The position numbers and the translations under genes are program-made. From positions 64,001 to 128,000 of IMG/VR virus record IMGVR_UViG_3300025150_000002: a stretch of DNA of 64,000 nucleotides; one strand, 5' to 3'. Positions 45,220 through 54,455 of the stretch are shown here, in pieces (positions within the stretch are counted from its first letter, which is position 1; each line of letters starts with the position of its first letter). Source of the DNA: a virus. Lineage: Duplodnaviria > Caudoviricetes. Below the pieces are notes generated by a model. It was not told the DNA's origin, did no database searches, and saw only the letters and a list, made by a program, of their open reading frames with translations.

Positions 45220-45932
45220 GAGGTTATCTCCATCACCAATGATGAGTGCTTGCGCCGAAGACCTTCAAGGATCTCGCCAACGGTCCATCGATACTCGCCA
45301 TTCTCGTAGACTGCCATCCCACGATGGATAGCCTGGTGGTGTGTCGGACAGAGGAAGATCTCTGGGCTGTTCTTGTCGCTACCGCTCTTAGTGAAAACAA
45401 TATGGTGAACATCGATGCAGATGTGCTCAGGACACGGCTCACCCGAAACAAGGCGACCTTGGCACTGCTGGTAGTCGCTCAGCAATCGCTTGTAAAATTC
45501 CGTCTCTACTCGCTTGTAGTGGATCTCGCTGTGGTTTCTGCTATCCCCGTTGCGGTCGCACCACCACAGATTCCCACTATCGCGGTTCGGAACGAGAACA
45601 AGCTCGTTGCACTCGGGCAAGCAGCACGGCAAGAACTCGCCGGGTCCACCCCTCGCGTTGTAGCGCTTGATGTGTTTCCGACAGCACGCCAGCTTAGTTG
45701 ACTTGAACGGAAACATCACGTCGCACTCGACCAGGATGCACTTGACCATCGTCTTGTAGACATCGGTCTCCTGGGACAGCCACCGATAGACGTTGGTGTA
45801 GGAAGTTCCGTAGCGCTCTCCGATCGACTCAAGCGTCTCCCTCGACAACGCCCTACGAATGACGTCCTCGCGGTGCTCGTTGAGGACGCTGTATCCCTTG
45901 GTCGTGACCCACGTGCCAGGCTTTCTACCCAT
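45216..45932 (-). CDS. Free-standing HNH endonuclease with N-terminal HTH
   Basis: CIDVHHI..IFLCPTHHQAIH. Lies directly downstream of the DNA polymerase. Confidence 0.7.
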   Translation of the reverse strand: MGRKPGTWVTTKGYSVLNEHREDVIRRALSRETLESIGERYGTSYTNVYRWLSQETDVYKTMVKCILVECDVMFPFKSTKLACCRKHIKRYNARGGPGEFLPCCLPECNELVLVPNRDSGNLWWCDRNGDSRNHSEIHYKRVETEFYKRLLSDYQQCQGRLVSGEPCPEHICIDVHHIVFTKSGSDKNSPEIFLCPTHHQAIHRGMAVYENGEYRWTVGEILEGLRRKHSSLVMEITS

Positions 45933-45935
45933 CGC

Positions 45936-45957
45936 TCGTCTCCATCAGTGGAGACGA
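45936..45957 (-). promoter_or_regulatory. SD-sequestering hairpin upstream of the HNH gene
   Basis: TCGTCTCCA-ctga-TGGAGACGA, 3 nt before ATG 45932. GGAG lies in the 3' arm. Confidence 0.65.
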
Positions 45958-46031
45958 TACCAGTCCTAGCTACGAGCATCAAGGCTTTGATGTGCTGCTG
46001 TCAGCTAACACCTTTTGACGTAAGTCCTTAT

Positions 46032-49000
46032 CTAGTGCAATTCGTCCCATGTACGCCCCGCACGCGCGTCTGCGGTGAAAGGCACCCTCATTCCGGTCGC
46101 GACGCTCTCCATCGAGGTTTTCACCAATCCGCAGAGCTCCTCTTTCATGGCACGGGGCCCTTGGAAGATGAGTTCGTCGTGGACCTGAATCATGAACCGG
46201 AACTTGGCCCACAACTTCGACTCGGCGGGCCGCGAGTTGGCGACCTTATCGTTCCGGGCGTCGTAGAGCTTGATCATCGCCAACTTGATCAGATCCTGGC
46301 AGCTGTTGTGGGTGAAGAACCCCGCCGCGATGTAGGCATGATTGTCACCGTGAATCTCGATGTCATAGGTCGGTGACGATCCTACATGCTCGACCGAAAC
46401 CACCTTGTCCCACCCATATCCCAGCACCTCCTTGGGACCGGGCTCATCAATGTAGTCGAGAACGGCCTCAATCATGTTCTCGCCTGCGTTTCCTGTCCTG
46501 GCATGTCCGATGTAGGTCTGGATTCTACGGCGCATCCTTCGATCATCAAACGCTGTAGATGATCCCTGCCGCGAAGCGAGCGCAGGCGCTCTGGAGGCCA
46601 GCTCGGCCACAGCCGACACAAACGACCTAGGCAGCTCCCGCCTTGGAGCACGGGTCGCAATAAGCTGGAGAGCGCCCGCCAGGGTGGCCGCCTTCCTTGG
46701 GTGGCGAAGAGGGACCCACCTGTTGAAGGCCTGAAATCCACGATATGAGACATCAAGTCGATACTGCTTGGTCATCCCTCTCTTCTTGCCCGTTCGCGCC
46801 ACGTCGAGCTCGCGGATCGCGCAATCAATCCCGAGAGAACTGGCGAGTTTCCACGCACCTTCAACAAGCTCGCGAACGCGAGAAGAGTAGTTGATGGTCA
46901 GGGATGTATAGGTCTTCTGCTTGTAGCTGAGAACCGACCCGTCAGTGTCGATCAGACCGGCGAGCACAGCGCCTCGCAGTTCGGGACTGGCTGTGTAAGC
47001 CCACTTCGGGATCCTCTTAGCCTGCTTAGAAACGCAGTCCAACCCGAGGATCATCAGGTTTGAACGAGCGCGACTACTGTTACAAACCAGGTCCCTGACC
47101 TTTCCTCCGCGATTCGTATTCCTAAGTCCCCAGCGGAGCTTCTTGCGCGCTGTCTCGCCCTGCGACCTCAAAACCGACTCTTCTAGAGATTCAGGCCAGC
47201 CTGGATCTCTTGCCGATGCCGCCAGGGTAAACCCTTGGGATGACCCGTAGTAACCGTCACCGATGAGTGCACCGACCAAATATGCATCGTCGACGGACGC
47301 CCCATGATCGTCATCACCGCCTGCCGCCAGCACATCGTGCGTGGCTAGCATATCGCCCGAGTCGAGCTCCGACGTCTTGGTCCACACCATTCGCAAGCCA
47401 TCCATGGTCGCGAACCTGTGATCTGCAGAACAGGTGATGGTCCTGCCGCTCGACAGCGTTACCTTAAACACGTCTTTCACGCCGGAGTCGATGACGTCGT
47501 AGTCACTGGTGAATTTCTCGCCGTCGAAAATCGGCAGCCTGTCCGTCGCGAGGTCCTCGATGCTCACGTAGCCCTGCTCTGTGAGAACAGGAGTAGATGG
47601 AGTCACACACCCGCTGACGCGGAACTGGATCGCCTTAGTACCTGCGACGTAGTCATTCTTCTGCCAGTCGGTATCAAGCCGGCGCCGACGTCGCGCAATG
47701 TTGTAGGCGATGTAGTTGTCTTTGACGAGCTGGTTGATGGTCCGCTCATGCCAAGAGGCGATTCCAGGGTAGGCCTGATGCCAGAGCTCGATCAGCCGCT
47801 GGCCGTAACCGATCTGCGGGTTACCGTCCTCATCGAACAGACCTGCATAGATGCAGAACTTGGGTGCTCCCATGCGGTAAAGCAGCCCGAAGTTGCTGTC
47901 CAATACAGCAACACTGTTGCAAATCATCGCAGTTCGTTCGGGCTCGTAAACGTCGAACACTGGGGCCTCCCCAGCATCGGTCACGCTGCGAACTTTTGCG
48001 GTCCAAATTCCAGCGTCTCGATATGCCTTGATCTCGTCCGGTAGCACGTCCTCTAGTAGCTCCAGTCGAGTATCGCCAAATCGAACTGGGCTCTTCTTGC
48101 GGCGGATCACCTCGCGCAGCTTGTCTTTCCTCTTACGCTTGGTCTTGTCGTAGATCGATTCCAGTAGGACCTCTACGCCATCCAAGAACCGGTTGGCGTA
48201 ATCAGCGCTCTGTGGGGCCATGGCCTCCAGGAGCTTGTCAGACTTCTCAGTTGACACGAATCCGACGCGTTCAGCGAACCGCTCGATATCGCGCTGTCGT
48301 CTGACCGTCCAGCACCAGTAAGGTTGCTCTCCCTTTAGGGTGGGCCGCATTTCACTATGGATAAACCCGAGGATGTCGATGTTCATCATCTCGGCGTGGA
48401 TTTGACGAATTAGCTTCTCGGACTTGCTGGTATAGACGATCGCAAAGCTATTTCTCGCCTTTCCAACCGCCTTTACAGTACCGTCGCCCTCGAACAGAGC
48501 CCGGAAGAACTCGCGCTTCAGCGACCACGGTGCACTCCTCACACACCTCGGAATGTCCTTCTCACCAGAGCAGGATTTGAACCCGAGATGGGCCATCCAC
48601 AAATTCAGCTTCTTTGAGGCTACTGTATAGTGCGTAGCCTCCTTATCCAGTGGATGATGTTCAGTGATGGTCCTATCGTTTACCACCAACCTCCAACAGC
48701 CGATGAAATCCTCGACCATCTCTACTGAGCAGTCACCAAACCCGAAGGGCATCTGATAGTAACCGCGAGACTCATCAGTTACCATCCGCCCCTCGGACAC
48801 GAAGTAGCCGAAAAACCGAGCAACCTCTGGCGTCATCTCGGTCGGAAGATCAATATCCTTGAGCGCATTCCCTCCGACCACATCAATCGATGGTAGGGCC
48901 ACGTCCTTTCCGTGAACATCACGACCGGTCATGATCAGGCATGGGTCATCGGGCCGCAGATCAGCAGCCATCACTCGTTCGACCTTTCCGCCTCGCATCA

Positions 49001-52000
49001 CAAAGAATTCGTGGTCCGGCGTGGCCGTGAGCTTGATCCCGTATTCGAGGTTCACATCGACGACGGAACGAACTCCAGGGCTCCAGGTCGAGTCGGTGTA
49101 GCGAATCTGACCATCGTCAGACATGATCCCGATACGCTTCTTGAACCTGTCCGGCTCGGTCACCACCTCGCCCATCTCAAGCAGCCCGTGCTCTGTAAGG
49201 AGCATGGCGTCAGCGGTCACGCAGTTCTTTGCCAACGGATTACGCTTAACTTGGACGTCCTCTGCAGTTCGTTGGTGAAGGTCGACGTGTCGGCAGCGCT
49301 TCTGATGCTCGATGTTTGACAGGCCGCACCCGGGACAAAGCGCCGGGTTGCTGTCGGTGTCCGGCAACCACCCCTCAGGCTGCCACGTGTGGCCGCACTC
49401 GTTGCAGGACCAGTTCAGGTAGCGATCGCATGCTGCGCCGTCCTTGTTCCTGCAATGACCGGTGTTCAAGAACACCTCGATCATGTTGAGCTCGTTTGCC
49501 AGGTGGGCTGCCATCCGCAACTCCATCTGCGATTGGCCGCTCACCAACCCATTCTCTAGGACATACGTGTGTGTCCCCTCGACGGTGATCTGCCAAACCT
49601 CCCGCGAACCCACCGGAGTAATCGACACGATTCGATGATTGTCTGATTTCGCGCGGCCTCGATTTGCGCAGGACCTACCGCAGAACCTTGCTGCGCTCTT
49701 CGTAGGCAGGAAATCCTGGTTACATGTTAAGCACGCTTTAGTCCCTGGCTTACCAGACGTAAAACACTCGCGGGAGCAGAACCGAGTCTTTTTTCCGTCA
49801 CTTCTGTAATAGACCACCCCGCACCGGGCGCAGGTCAGGTCACAGCCGTTCTCGCGTGACTTGTGATAGCACGCTCTGCTACAGAACTTACCGTCTGCAG
49901 AAGGTGGTTGGTAAAACGCACTGCCGCAGGAAGCGCAGTTAGTCACGGCTCCCTTCAGGTTCCCGTGATTTGGGTTTCCGTCTGCTTTATAGGATCGACG
50001 GTTCTTCCTCTGGCCTTCGACTAATTGCTGCTTCTTTCGCCGGCGCTGAGATAGGGTGGCCGCGTCCCACCAGCGCTGAGCCCCCTGCCCCCTGTTCTCT
50101 CGGCTGGGCAACCACCGCAGATTAGCACCTCTGTTATCAAAGGTGTCTCCGTTGATGTGGTCGGCATCGTGGCCCTCAGGACGTTCCCCGTGAAAGTGCT
50201 CAGCGAGTACGATGTGCTGAAACGCAGCAACCCCGCGAACCGCCCACATCTTATATCTACCTAGCTGTGTCTCGCGCACGTGAGCCAAGCGATCCCCTGG
50301 ATTCAAGTACTTGGTCTCAACGAGACGTCCTCCGTATGTCATCCATTTATGATCCTCGGTACAAATCACCGATGACCCGTCTTCTAGAACCAGTTCTACG
50401 CACGGAGCAATACCGACCTTGCCACCGGCAACCACTGGTCGAATCTCTAGACTTCTCCCATCGGCAGATGACAACACCGGAGTCTCTGTAGCTGCTACCT
50501 CTTCAATCGGCATGACCCCATTGACGGTGACAATCGGGGTCCCAGCGACCAAACAGTAGTCGGCGTCTATCAGGCATAGCTGAGATCGTTCCTCGTCGTA
50601 ATCGTTCTCTAGATGGGCGCAGAATGCCTTTCGGATCAGATCCTTGTCCCGTGGTTGGTTCATAAGATTCACGGGGTCCGCCGAGTTGTGATTGACGAAC
50701 CCTTGAGCCAGGTAGCTGTGGTCACCCTCTACGGTGATGTCCCAGACATCTTCGACGCTGACTGGAGTGATGCTGGTAACTCGTGCCCAAGTTCGGACGC
50801 GATTCTCTTGATCACCGTAGGGAGGGCCTTGTCGATCTGCTTCGTAGTGAACCTCACCACTCGGTAGCCAAGTTCCTTCGCCTTCTTCGCCTTCCGACGA
50901 TCCCTGGCCTTGGTCTTCTCGCACTTCCGGTGAAACTCGCCATCGACCTCGACCAGTAGTTTCTTTTCTGGCCAAGCGAAGTCCGCTTGCCAGTTCTTGA
51001 AGAAACAGAACAGACGCCGATGCGGGATTCCAGCCGCCGTCAAAGCTCGTGAGAGTCTCATCTCCCGACGATTGGCAGAAAAGGTTAGATGGGACTTCTC
51101 GATCTCCCCGCGCTCGATCAGAGCCTGCATGAACGATCCGCTCTGCTTGACCGCACTCGCTAGAGACATCAGTCTCTGATACGCCTCTACCAGGGAGGCA
51201 AACGCCTTGGCCGGGTCGGTCGACAGCTTCGATACTTGTGGACATAGCGCCGCAAGAGCTTTGTACTCGGTATCCGTGAGCCTGCTGATCCAGGACATCG
51301 TTCCGTGAGTGTGCGCTGAAATCCCGTGATGTCGCATGTCCATCAGGACAATGGATTCCCCCACCCCAAGCTGATCTGCGATCTCGACCGCCGACAGACC
51401 CCTGGACACCTCGGTCTCCAAAAGATTCTTGGGGAAGAACGCCTCCTCGTTCCTCTTGGATGCGCTCAGGAGCCTGCCGTGCTTCACTGCCAGGTCGTCG
51501 GAGAACTGCTTGTAGGTCTTGACCGCCCTGATCAGGGCCTGATGAGATACGCCGAAGGCTACCTTGGCCTGCTCTTGCGTCAGATTGCTGTCGACGAAGA
51601 TCCTCTTGAACGACGCCTTCGAGAGTATGAATCCCTTCGAGCGATCTCGGCGAACCCATGTCGGCTCGTCGGGAAGGATGTCCTCCAAGTCCGGGAGCTT
51701 GGTAGGGTTCCCCCGAAACAGTTCGGGGAACTCCCATCCGTACACTGCCTTGCAGGTCAAGCTGATCCCATCCGACAGCCCGTACAACTTGGCCTTCTTG
51801 TAGACCGGCCTCGGGTCCTCGGCGTAGACCCTGATGAACGAGGGTCGATCTAGCACCCAACGTCGTTGCCTGACGGGCCGCCTTAGTCTCACATACCTCG
51901 GCTCGAAGCAGCCGGTCCCCTCGTTCGAGGTCCTTGAGATCACGCCACCCATTGTTGGTGAGGAATCTGTGGTCCCTTGTGCATCTGATTCGATTTCCGT

Positions 52001-53417
52001 CATCGGTCACCACCTCGAACATCAGGTCTGGGCCCTTGTTGAACAGGTTCAACACTCGCCCCTCCCGACCCTCATGGGTGATGATCATAACATCAGTTCC
52101 TGCAAACCGACCAAGTTCTGAGATTCTGACTGAACGACGGAAGTTCTCTCCTCTCAATCGGATAGAGAGCTTTGATGTCCCAGAAATGCAGCTGAGGCGA
52201 CCAATGACGGTCCCCGTCTGTCTAAACCGAGCGTAGATCCGACCCTTGTTGTCTGGATCGTTGGCGAGCGAAATCAACTTCTTGCAGAAGCTGCTGTCGA
52301 TAACGCTGAGCGAACGATACTTCAGCAGCTTGCCGACCAGTGGAAACTGATCCTTGCGGTGTTTGATGGCCTTGTCGCCGGTACCGTACTGTTCGAGCTC
52401 CTCGTTGTAGTCGACACCTTTGGTGGGTAGCCCCAGCCCACCCTTCTCTGGCGGGTTGTAGAGGAAGTCGGACACCTGCTTAGGCGAGCGCAGATTGGGG
52501 ACCCAGCCAACAGTCTCCTTGAACTCGTTCAGGATCTCCTGCTGCTCTTTGTTGATCCGCTCCTGAACAGTGACCAGCCACTCCCAATCAATAAAGCAAC
52601 CAGTGATCTCCATCTCCATGAGGATCCGCTGGATCTTCATCTCGATCTTCCAGTAGATCTTCTCCAGGTCGGAGTAGACGCCGGGCGTGTCGTCTAGTGG
52701 TGAGCACCACTCGCCCTTGTGCTTGCGCGGAGGGTCCTGCTTCCGCATGGAGTTTATGGCCCATTTCCAGAGCCGATAGGTCCAGGCACAGTCGTCGGCA
52801 GCGTAAACGCCCAGAGGCTTCTTGTTCGCGAAGCCGAAGGTGGCTTGGCCCCCAAAGGCTTCACTGTAGGTGGTCATCTTGTGGCCGAAGACCTGATCGA
52901 CTCGTGGCTTCAGACCATAGCGCCTCAGCCGTTCGTCCGCGATGTAGTCCGCGAGCATGCTGTCAGCGATGACGTTGTTGACGATCAACGGCTCGTCGAG
53001 ACCGCTCTTTAGGTAGAGGAAGGCGTCGTCGAAGATACCGTTGTGGCGGACCGCAATGATGTGCTTGAGGTCCCACAACTCTCGAAGCTGAAGCATGGTG
53101 GAGCGCTGATCAACCGGTTCACGAAGCGCACGCACTTCGCCATCAACCGTGTGCTCCATCGTTCCGTCCGTAAACGGAAACCAGGCGCGAACTGGTCGCT
53201 GCGATGGATTCTTTTCGTTTGGGACGTAGAAGGCTACACCCTCTATACGATCCTTACGGGGCGACAGCCCTGTTGTTTCCAGGTCGTATGAAAAGACGCC
53301 TTCTTCTTCGGCGCGCTCAATCAGATACGGGACGGAGACATCGCAAGTATCGGTAGGGTCCCAGGAGTTACCTTCTTGGTTGGGCTTAACTTTAGCTTTG
53401 GACCTAGCCACCAACAC
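46032..53417 (-). CDS. polA: Family A DNA polymerase with 3'-5' exonuclease and four inteins (about 741 aa after splicing)
   Basis: Exonuclease YDLETTG, HNGIFD, YAADD. Polymerase TGTVIGRLS|S, DADY|SQMELR, AKN|SNFGLLY, QFRVSG|SCQD, IQVHDEL. Confidence 0.93.
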   Translation of the reverse strand: MLVARSKAKVKPNQEGNSWDPTDTCDVSVPYLIERAEEEGVFSYDLETTGLSPRKDRIEGVAFYVPNEKNPSQRPVRAWFPFTDGTMEHTVDGEVRALREPVDQRSTMLQLRELWDLKHIIAVRHNGIFDDAFLYLKSGLDEPLIVNNVIADSMLADYIADERLRRYGLKPRVDQVFGHKMTTYSEAFGGQATFGFANKKPLGVYAADDCAWTYRLWKWAINSMRKQDPPRKHKGEWCSPLDDTPGVYSDLEKIYWKIEMKIQRILMEMEITGCFIDWEWLVTVQERINKEQQEILNEFKETVGWVPNLRSPKQVSDFLYNPPEKGGLGLPTKGVDYNEELEQYGTGDKAIKHRKDQFPLVGKLLKYRSLSVIDSSFCKKLISLANDPDNKGRIYARFRQTGTVIGRLSCISGTSKLSIRLRGENFRRSVRISELGRFAGTDVMIITHEGREGRVLNLFNKGPDLMFEVVTDDGNRIRCTRDHRFLTNNGWRDLKDLERGDRLLRAEVCETKAARQATTLGARSTLVHQGLRRGPEAGLQEGQVVRAVGWDQLDLQGSVRMGVPRTVSGEPYQAPGLGGHPSRRADMGSPRSLEGIHTLEGVVQEDLRRQQSDARAGQGSLRRISSGPDQGGQDLQAVLRRPGSEARQAPERIQEERGGVLPQESFGDRGVQGSVGGRDRRSAWGGGIHCPDGHATSRDFSAHSRNDVLDQQAHGYRVQSSCGAMSTSIEAVDRPGQGVCLPGRGVSETDVSSECGQAERIVHAGSDRARGDREVPSNLFCQSSGDETLTSFDGGWNPASASVLFLQELASGLRLARKETTGRGRWRVSPEVREDQGQGSSEGEEGEGTWLPSGEVHYEADRQGPPYGDQENRVRTWARVTSITPVSVEDVWDITVEGDHSYLAQGFVNHNSADPVNLMNQPRDKDLIRKAFCAHLENDYDEERSQLCLIDADYCLVAGTPIVTVNGVMPIEEVAATETPVLSSADGRSLEIRPVVAGGKVGIAPCVELVLEDGSSVICTEDHKWMTYGGRLVETKYLNPGDRLAHVRETQLGRYKMWAVRGVAAFQHIVLAEHFHGERPEGHDADHINGDTFDNRGANLRWLPSRENRGQGAQRWWDAATLSQRRRKKQQLVEGQRKNRRSYKADGNPNHGNLKGAVTNCASCGSAFYQPPSADGKFCSRACYHKSRENGCDLTCARCGVVYYRSDGKKTRFCSRECFTSGKPGTKACLTCNQDFLPTKSAARFCGRSCANRGRAKSDNHRIVSITPVGSREVWQITVEGTHTYVLENGLVSGQSQMELRMAAHLANELNMIEVFLNTGHCRNKDGAACDRYLNWSCNECGHTWQPEGWLPDTDSNPALCPGCGLSNIEHQKRCRHVDLHQRTAEDVQVKRNPLAKNCVTADAMLLTEHGLLEMGEVVTEPDRFKKRIGIMSDDGQIRYTDSTWSPGVRSVVDVNLEYGIKLTATPDHEFFVMRGGKVERVMAADLRPDDPCLIMTGRDVHGKDVALPSIDVVGGNALKDIDLPTEMTPEVARFFGYFVSEGRMVTDESRGYYQMPFGFGDCSVEMVEDFIGCWRLVVNDRTITEHHPLDKEATHYTVASKKLNLWMAHLGFKSCSGEKDIPRCVRSAPWSLKREFFRALFEGDGTVKAVGKARNSFAIVYTSKSEKLIRQIHAEMMNIDILGFIHSEMRPTLKGEQPYWCWTVRRQRDIERFAERVGFVSTEKSDKLLEAMAPQSADYANRFLDGVEVLLESIYDKTKRKRKDKLREVIRRKKSPVRFGDTRLELLEDVLPDEIKAYRDAGIWTAKVRSVTDAGEAPVFDVYEPERTAMICNSVAVLDSNFGLLYRMGAPKFCIYAGLFDEDGNPQIGYGQRLIELWHQAYPGIASWHERTINQLVKDNYIAYNIARRRRRLDTDWQKNDYVAGTKAIQFRVSGCVTPSTPVLTEQGYVSIEDLATDRLPIFDGEKFTSDYDVIDSGVKDVFKVTLSSGRTITCSADHRFATMDGLRMVWTKTSELDSGDMLATHDVLAAGGDDDHGASVDDAYLVGALIGDGYYGSSQGFTLAASARDPGWPESLEESVLRSQGETARKKLRWGLRNTNRGGKVRDLVCNSSRARSNLMILGLDCVSKQAKRIPKWAYTASPELRGAVLAGLIDTDGSVLSYKQKTYTSLTINYSSRVRELVEGAWKLASSLGIDCAIRELDVARTGKKRGMTKQYRLDVSYRGFQAFNRWVPLRHPRKAATLAGALQLIATRAPRRELPRSFVSAVAELASRAPALASRQGSSTAFDDRRMRRRIQTYIGHARTGNAGENMIEAVLDYIDEPGPKEVLGYGWDKVVSVEHVGSSPTYDIEIHGDNHAYIAAGFFTHNSCQDLIKLAMIKLYDARNDKVANSRPAESKLWAKFRFMIQVHDELIFQGPRAMKEELCGLVKTSMESVATGMRVPFTADARAGRTWDELH
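46305..47609 (-). mobile_element. Polymerase intein 4 (LAGLIDADG, 435 aa)
   Basis: CVTPST..SADHRF..GALIGDG..LAGLIDTDG..AYIAAGFFTHN|S. Confidence 0.9.
47898..49223 (-). mobile_element. Polymerase intein 3 (LAGLIDADG, 442 aa, C-terminal Asp)
   Basis: CVTADA..TPDHEF..GYFVSEG..RALFEGDG..AMICNSVAVLD|S. Confidence 0.85.
49533..50555 (-). mobile_element. Polymerase intein 2 (HNH plus zinc-finger repeats, 341 aa, C-terminal Gln)
   Basis: CLVAGT..TEDHKW..DHINGDTFDNRGANL..three CxxC/FCSxxC-type repeats..YVLENGLVSGQ|S. Confidence 0.88.
50685..52190 (-). mobile_element. Polymerase intein 1 (502 aa; middle is the alternative frame of a nested nuclease gene)
   Basis: CISGTS..TRDHRF..SYLAQGFVNHN|S. Confidence 0.88.
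50729..51892 (-). CDS. DUF559/Vsr-like endonuclease nested out of frame inside polymerase intein 1
   Basis: REMRLSRAL..QADFAWPEKKLLVEVDGEFH..RDRRK..LGYRVVRF, with HTH-like repeats upstream. The ORF track starts at 52003; the GTG at 51892 after GAGG is the more likely start. Confidence 0.8.
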   Translation of the reverse strand: MRLRRPVRQRRWVLDRPSFIRVYAEDPRPVYKKAKLYGLSDGISLTCKAVYGWEFPELFRGNPTKLPDLEDILPDEPTWVRRDRSKGFILSKASFKRIFVDSNLTQEQAKVAFGVSHQALIRAVKTYKQFSDDLAVKHGRLLSASKRNEEAFFPKNLLETEVSRGLSAVEIADQLGVGESIVLMDMRHHGISAHTHGTMSWISRLTDTEYKALAALCPQVSKLSTDPAKAFASLVEAYQRLMSLASAVKQSGSFMQALIERGEIEKSHLTFSANRREMRLSRALTAAGIPHRRLFCFFKNWQADFAWPEKKLLVEVDGEFHRKCEKTKARDRRKAKKAKELGYRVVRFTTKQIDKALPTVIKRIASELGHELPASLQSASKMSGTSP

Positions 53418-53454
53418 CTCCCGGCTCTAGCTCTTTTACCCGACTCGGCTACAA

Positions 53455-53490
53455 ACAGAAACAGCGCGGCATAAGCCGCGCTGTTTCTGT
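53455..53490 (-). terminator. Intrinsic terminator between the SSB-like gene and polA
   Basis: 16-bp perfect stem ACAGAAACAGCGCGGC/GCCGCGCTGTTTCTGT with a 4-nt loop and U-rich 3' end. Confidence 0.85.
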
Positions 53491-53506
53491 CGTAAAAGGC
53501 CGAGAC

Positions 53507-54376
53507 TTAGTAGTTGATCTCGGCCTCAGAGGCCGCGCCGGCTGCGCTGGCAACGGCGGCGCTCGCGTCACCCGAGTCGTCGTCATCACCGCCCTTGATA
53601 GCGGAGCCATCGCTGCGAATGTCCTCAGCGACCTTGGTCAGCTGAGCGTGGCTCTTCGGCTTGAGCACGATGTCGTAGTTGATCGGCTGGATGAACCGCT
53701 CGACCGGCATGCCGTACTCGGCGGCCCGCTTCTCGAACTCAGCCTTCATCTGCTCGTCGTCGAGCTTCTGCGTGAAGTACCAGACGTCGCCGATCCGAGG
53801 CGAGTCCTTGTACGAGACGACCTCACGCCCATCCTTCATCTCCTTCAGCGGCTCGGAACGAGTGACCTCGAAGAGCGAACCACGGAACCCCTGAGCACGA
53901 TCACCGTTGGCGTTCATGCGCTGAGTCCAGGTGTTGGTGATCAGGATCAGCCGACGTAGATCGGTGTAGGTCACCGAGCTCTTCTTGCCGTCCTTGGTCC
54001 GCTCGAAGGTGTACTTGTTCCGGTCGATGCCGGTCAACACGACGTACCAGCTCGGATCCTTGTTCAGAACCTCACAGACAGGGCAGGGACGCGGATCCGC
54101 AGCCGTCTTCGGGCACACGACGATGTTGTCCTTCGTGCCACGGAGGTTGAACATGTGGATGTTGACGCTGTAGGCGTCATCGGTACTGGCGATGTCGTCC
54201 AGTGTGAGGATCGGCTGATTCTTGGTGCCAGGCCGGAGCTTCAGCGCCTTGACCTGCTTCAGCTGGGGTCCATTGCTCCCCGTGATGGATTCGGACAGGT
54301 AGTAGAGCGCCTGTTCGTTGTTGCCTCGACCACCACCACGCTTCGGTGGTGGACCTCCTGCTCCACGATGTGCCAT
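53507..54376 (-). CDS. Putative single-stranded DNA-binding protein
   Basis: Upstream of the polymerase with an AAAGGA SD and its own terminator. CPK..CPVC motif and an acidic flexible C-terminal tail. Confidence 0.55.
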   Translation of the reverse strand: MAHRGAGGPPPKRGGGRGNNEQALYYLSESITGSNGPQLKQVKALKLRPGTKNQPILTLDDIASTDDAYSVNIHMFNLRGTKDNIVVCPKTAADPRPCPVCEVLNKDPSWYVVLTGIDRNKYTFERTKDGKKSSVTYTDLRRLILITNTWTQRMNANGDRAQGFRGSLFEVTRSEPLKEMKDGREVVSYKDSPRIGDVWYFTQKLDDEQMKAEFEKRAAEYGMPVERFIQPINYDIVLKPKSHAQLTKVAEDIRSDGSAIKGGDDDDSGDASAAVASAAGAASEAEINY

Positions 54377-54455
54377 GATGATCTTATCCTTTCTGCCTGT
54401 CCCTCTGGGACCTCGGCTGGTTTACCGGCATCAAAACGACATCGGCTGATCAGGG

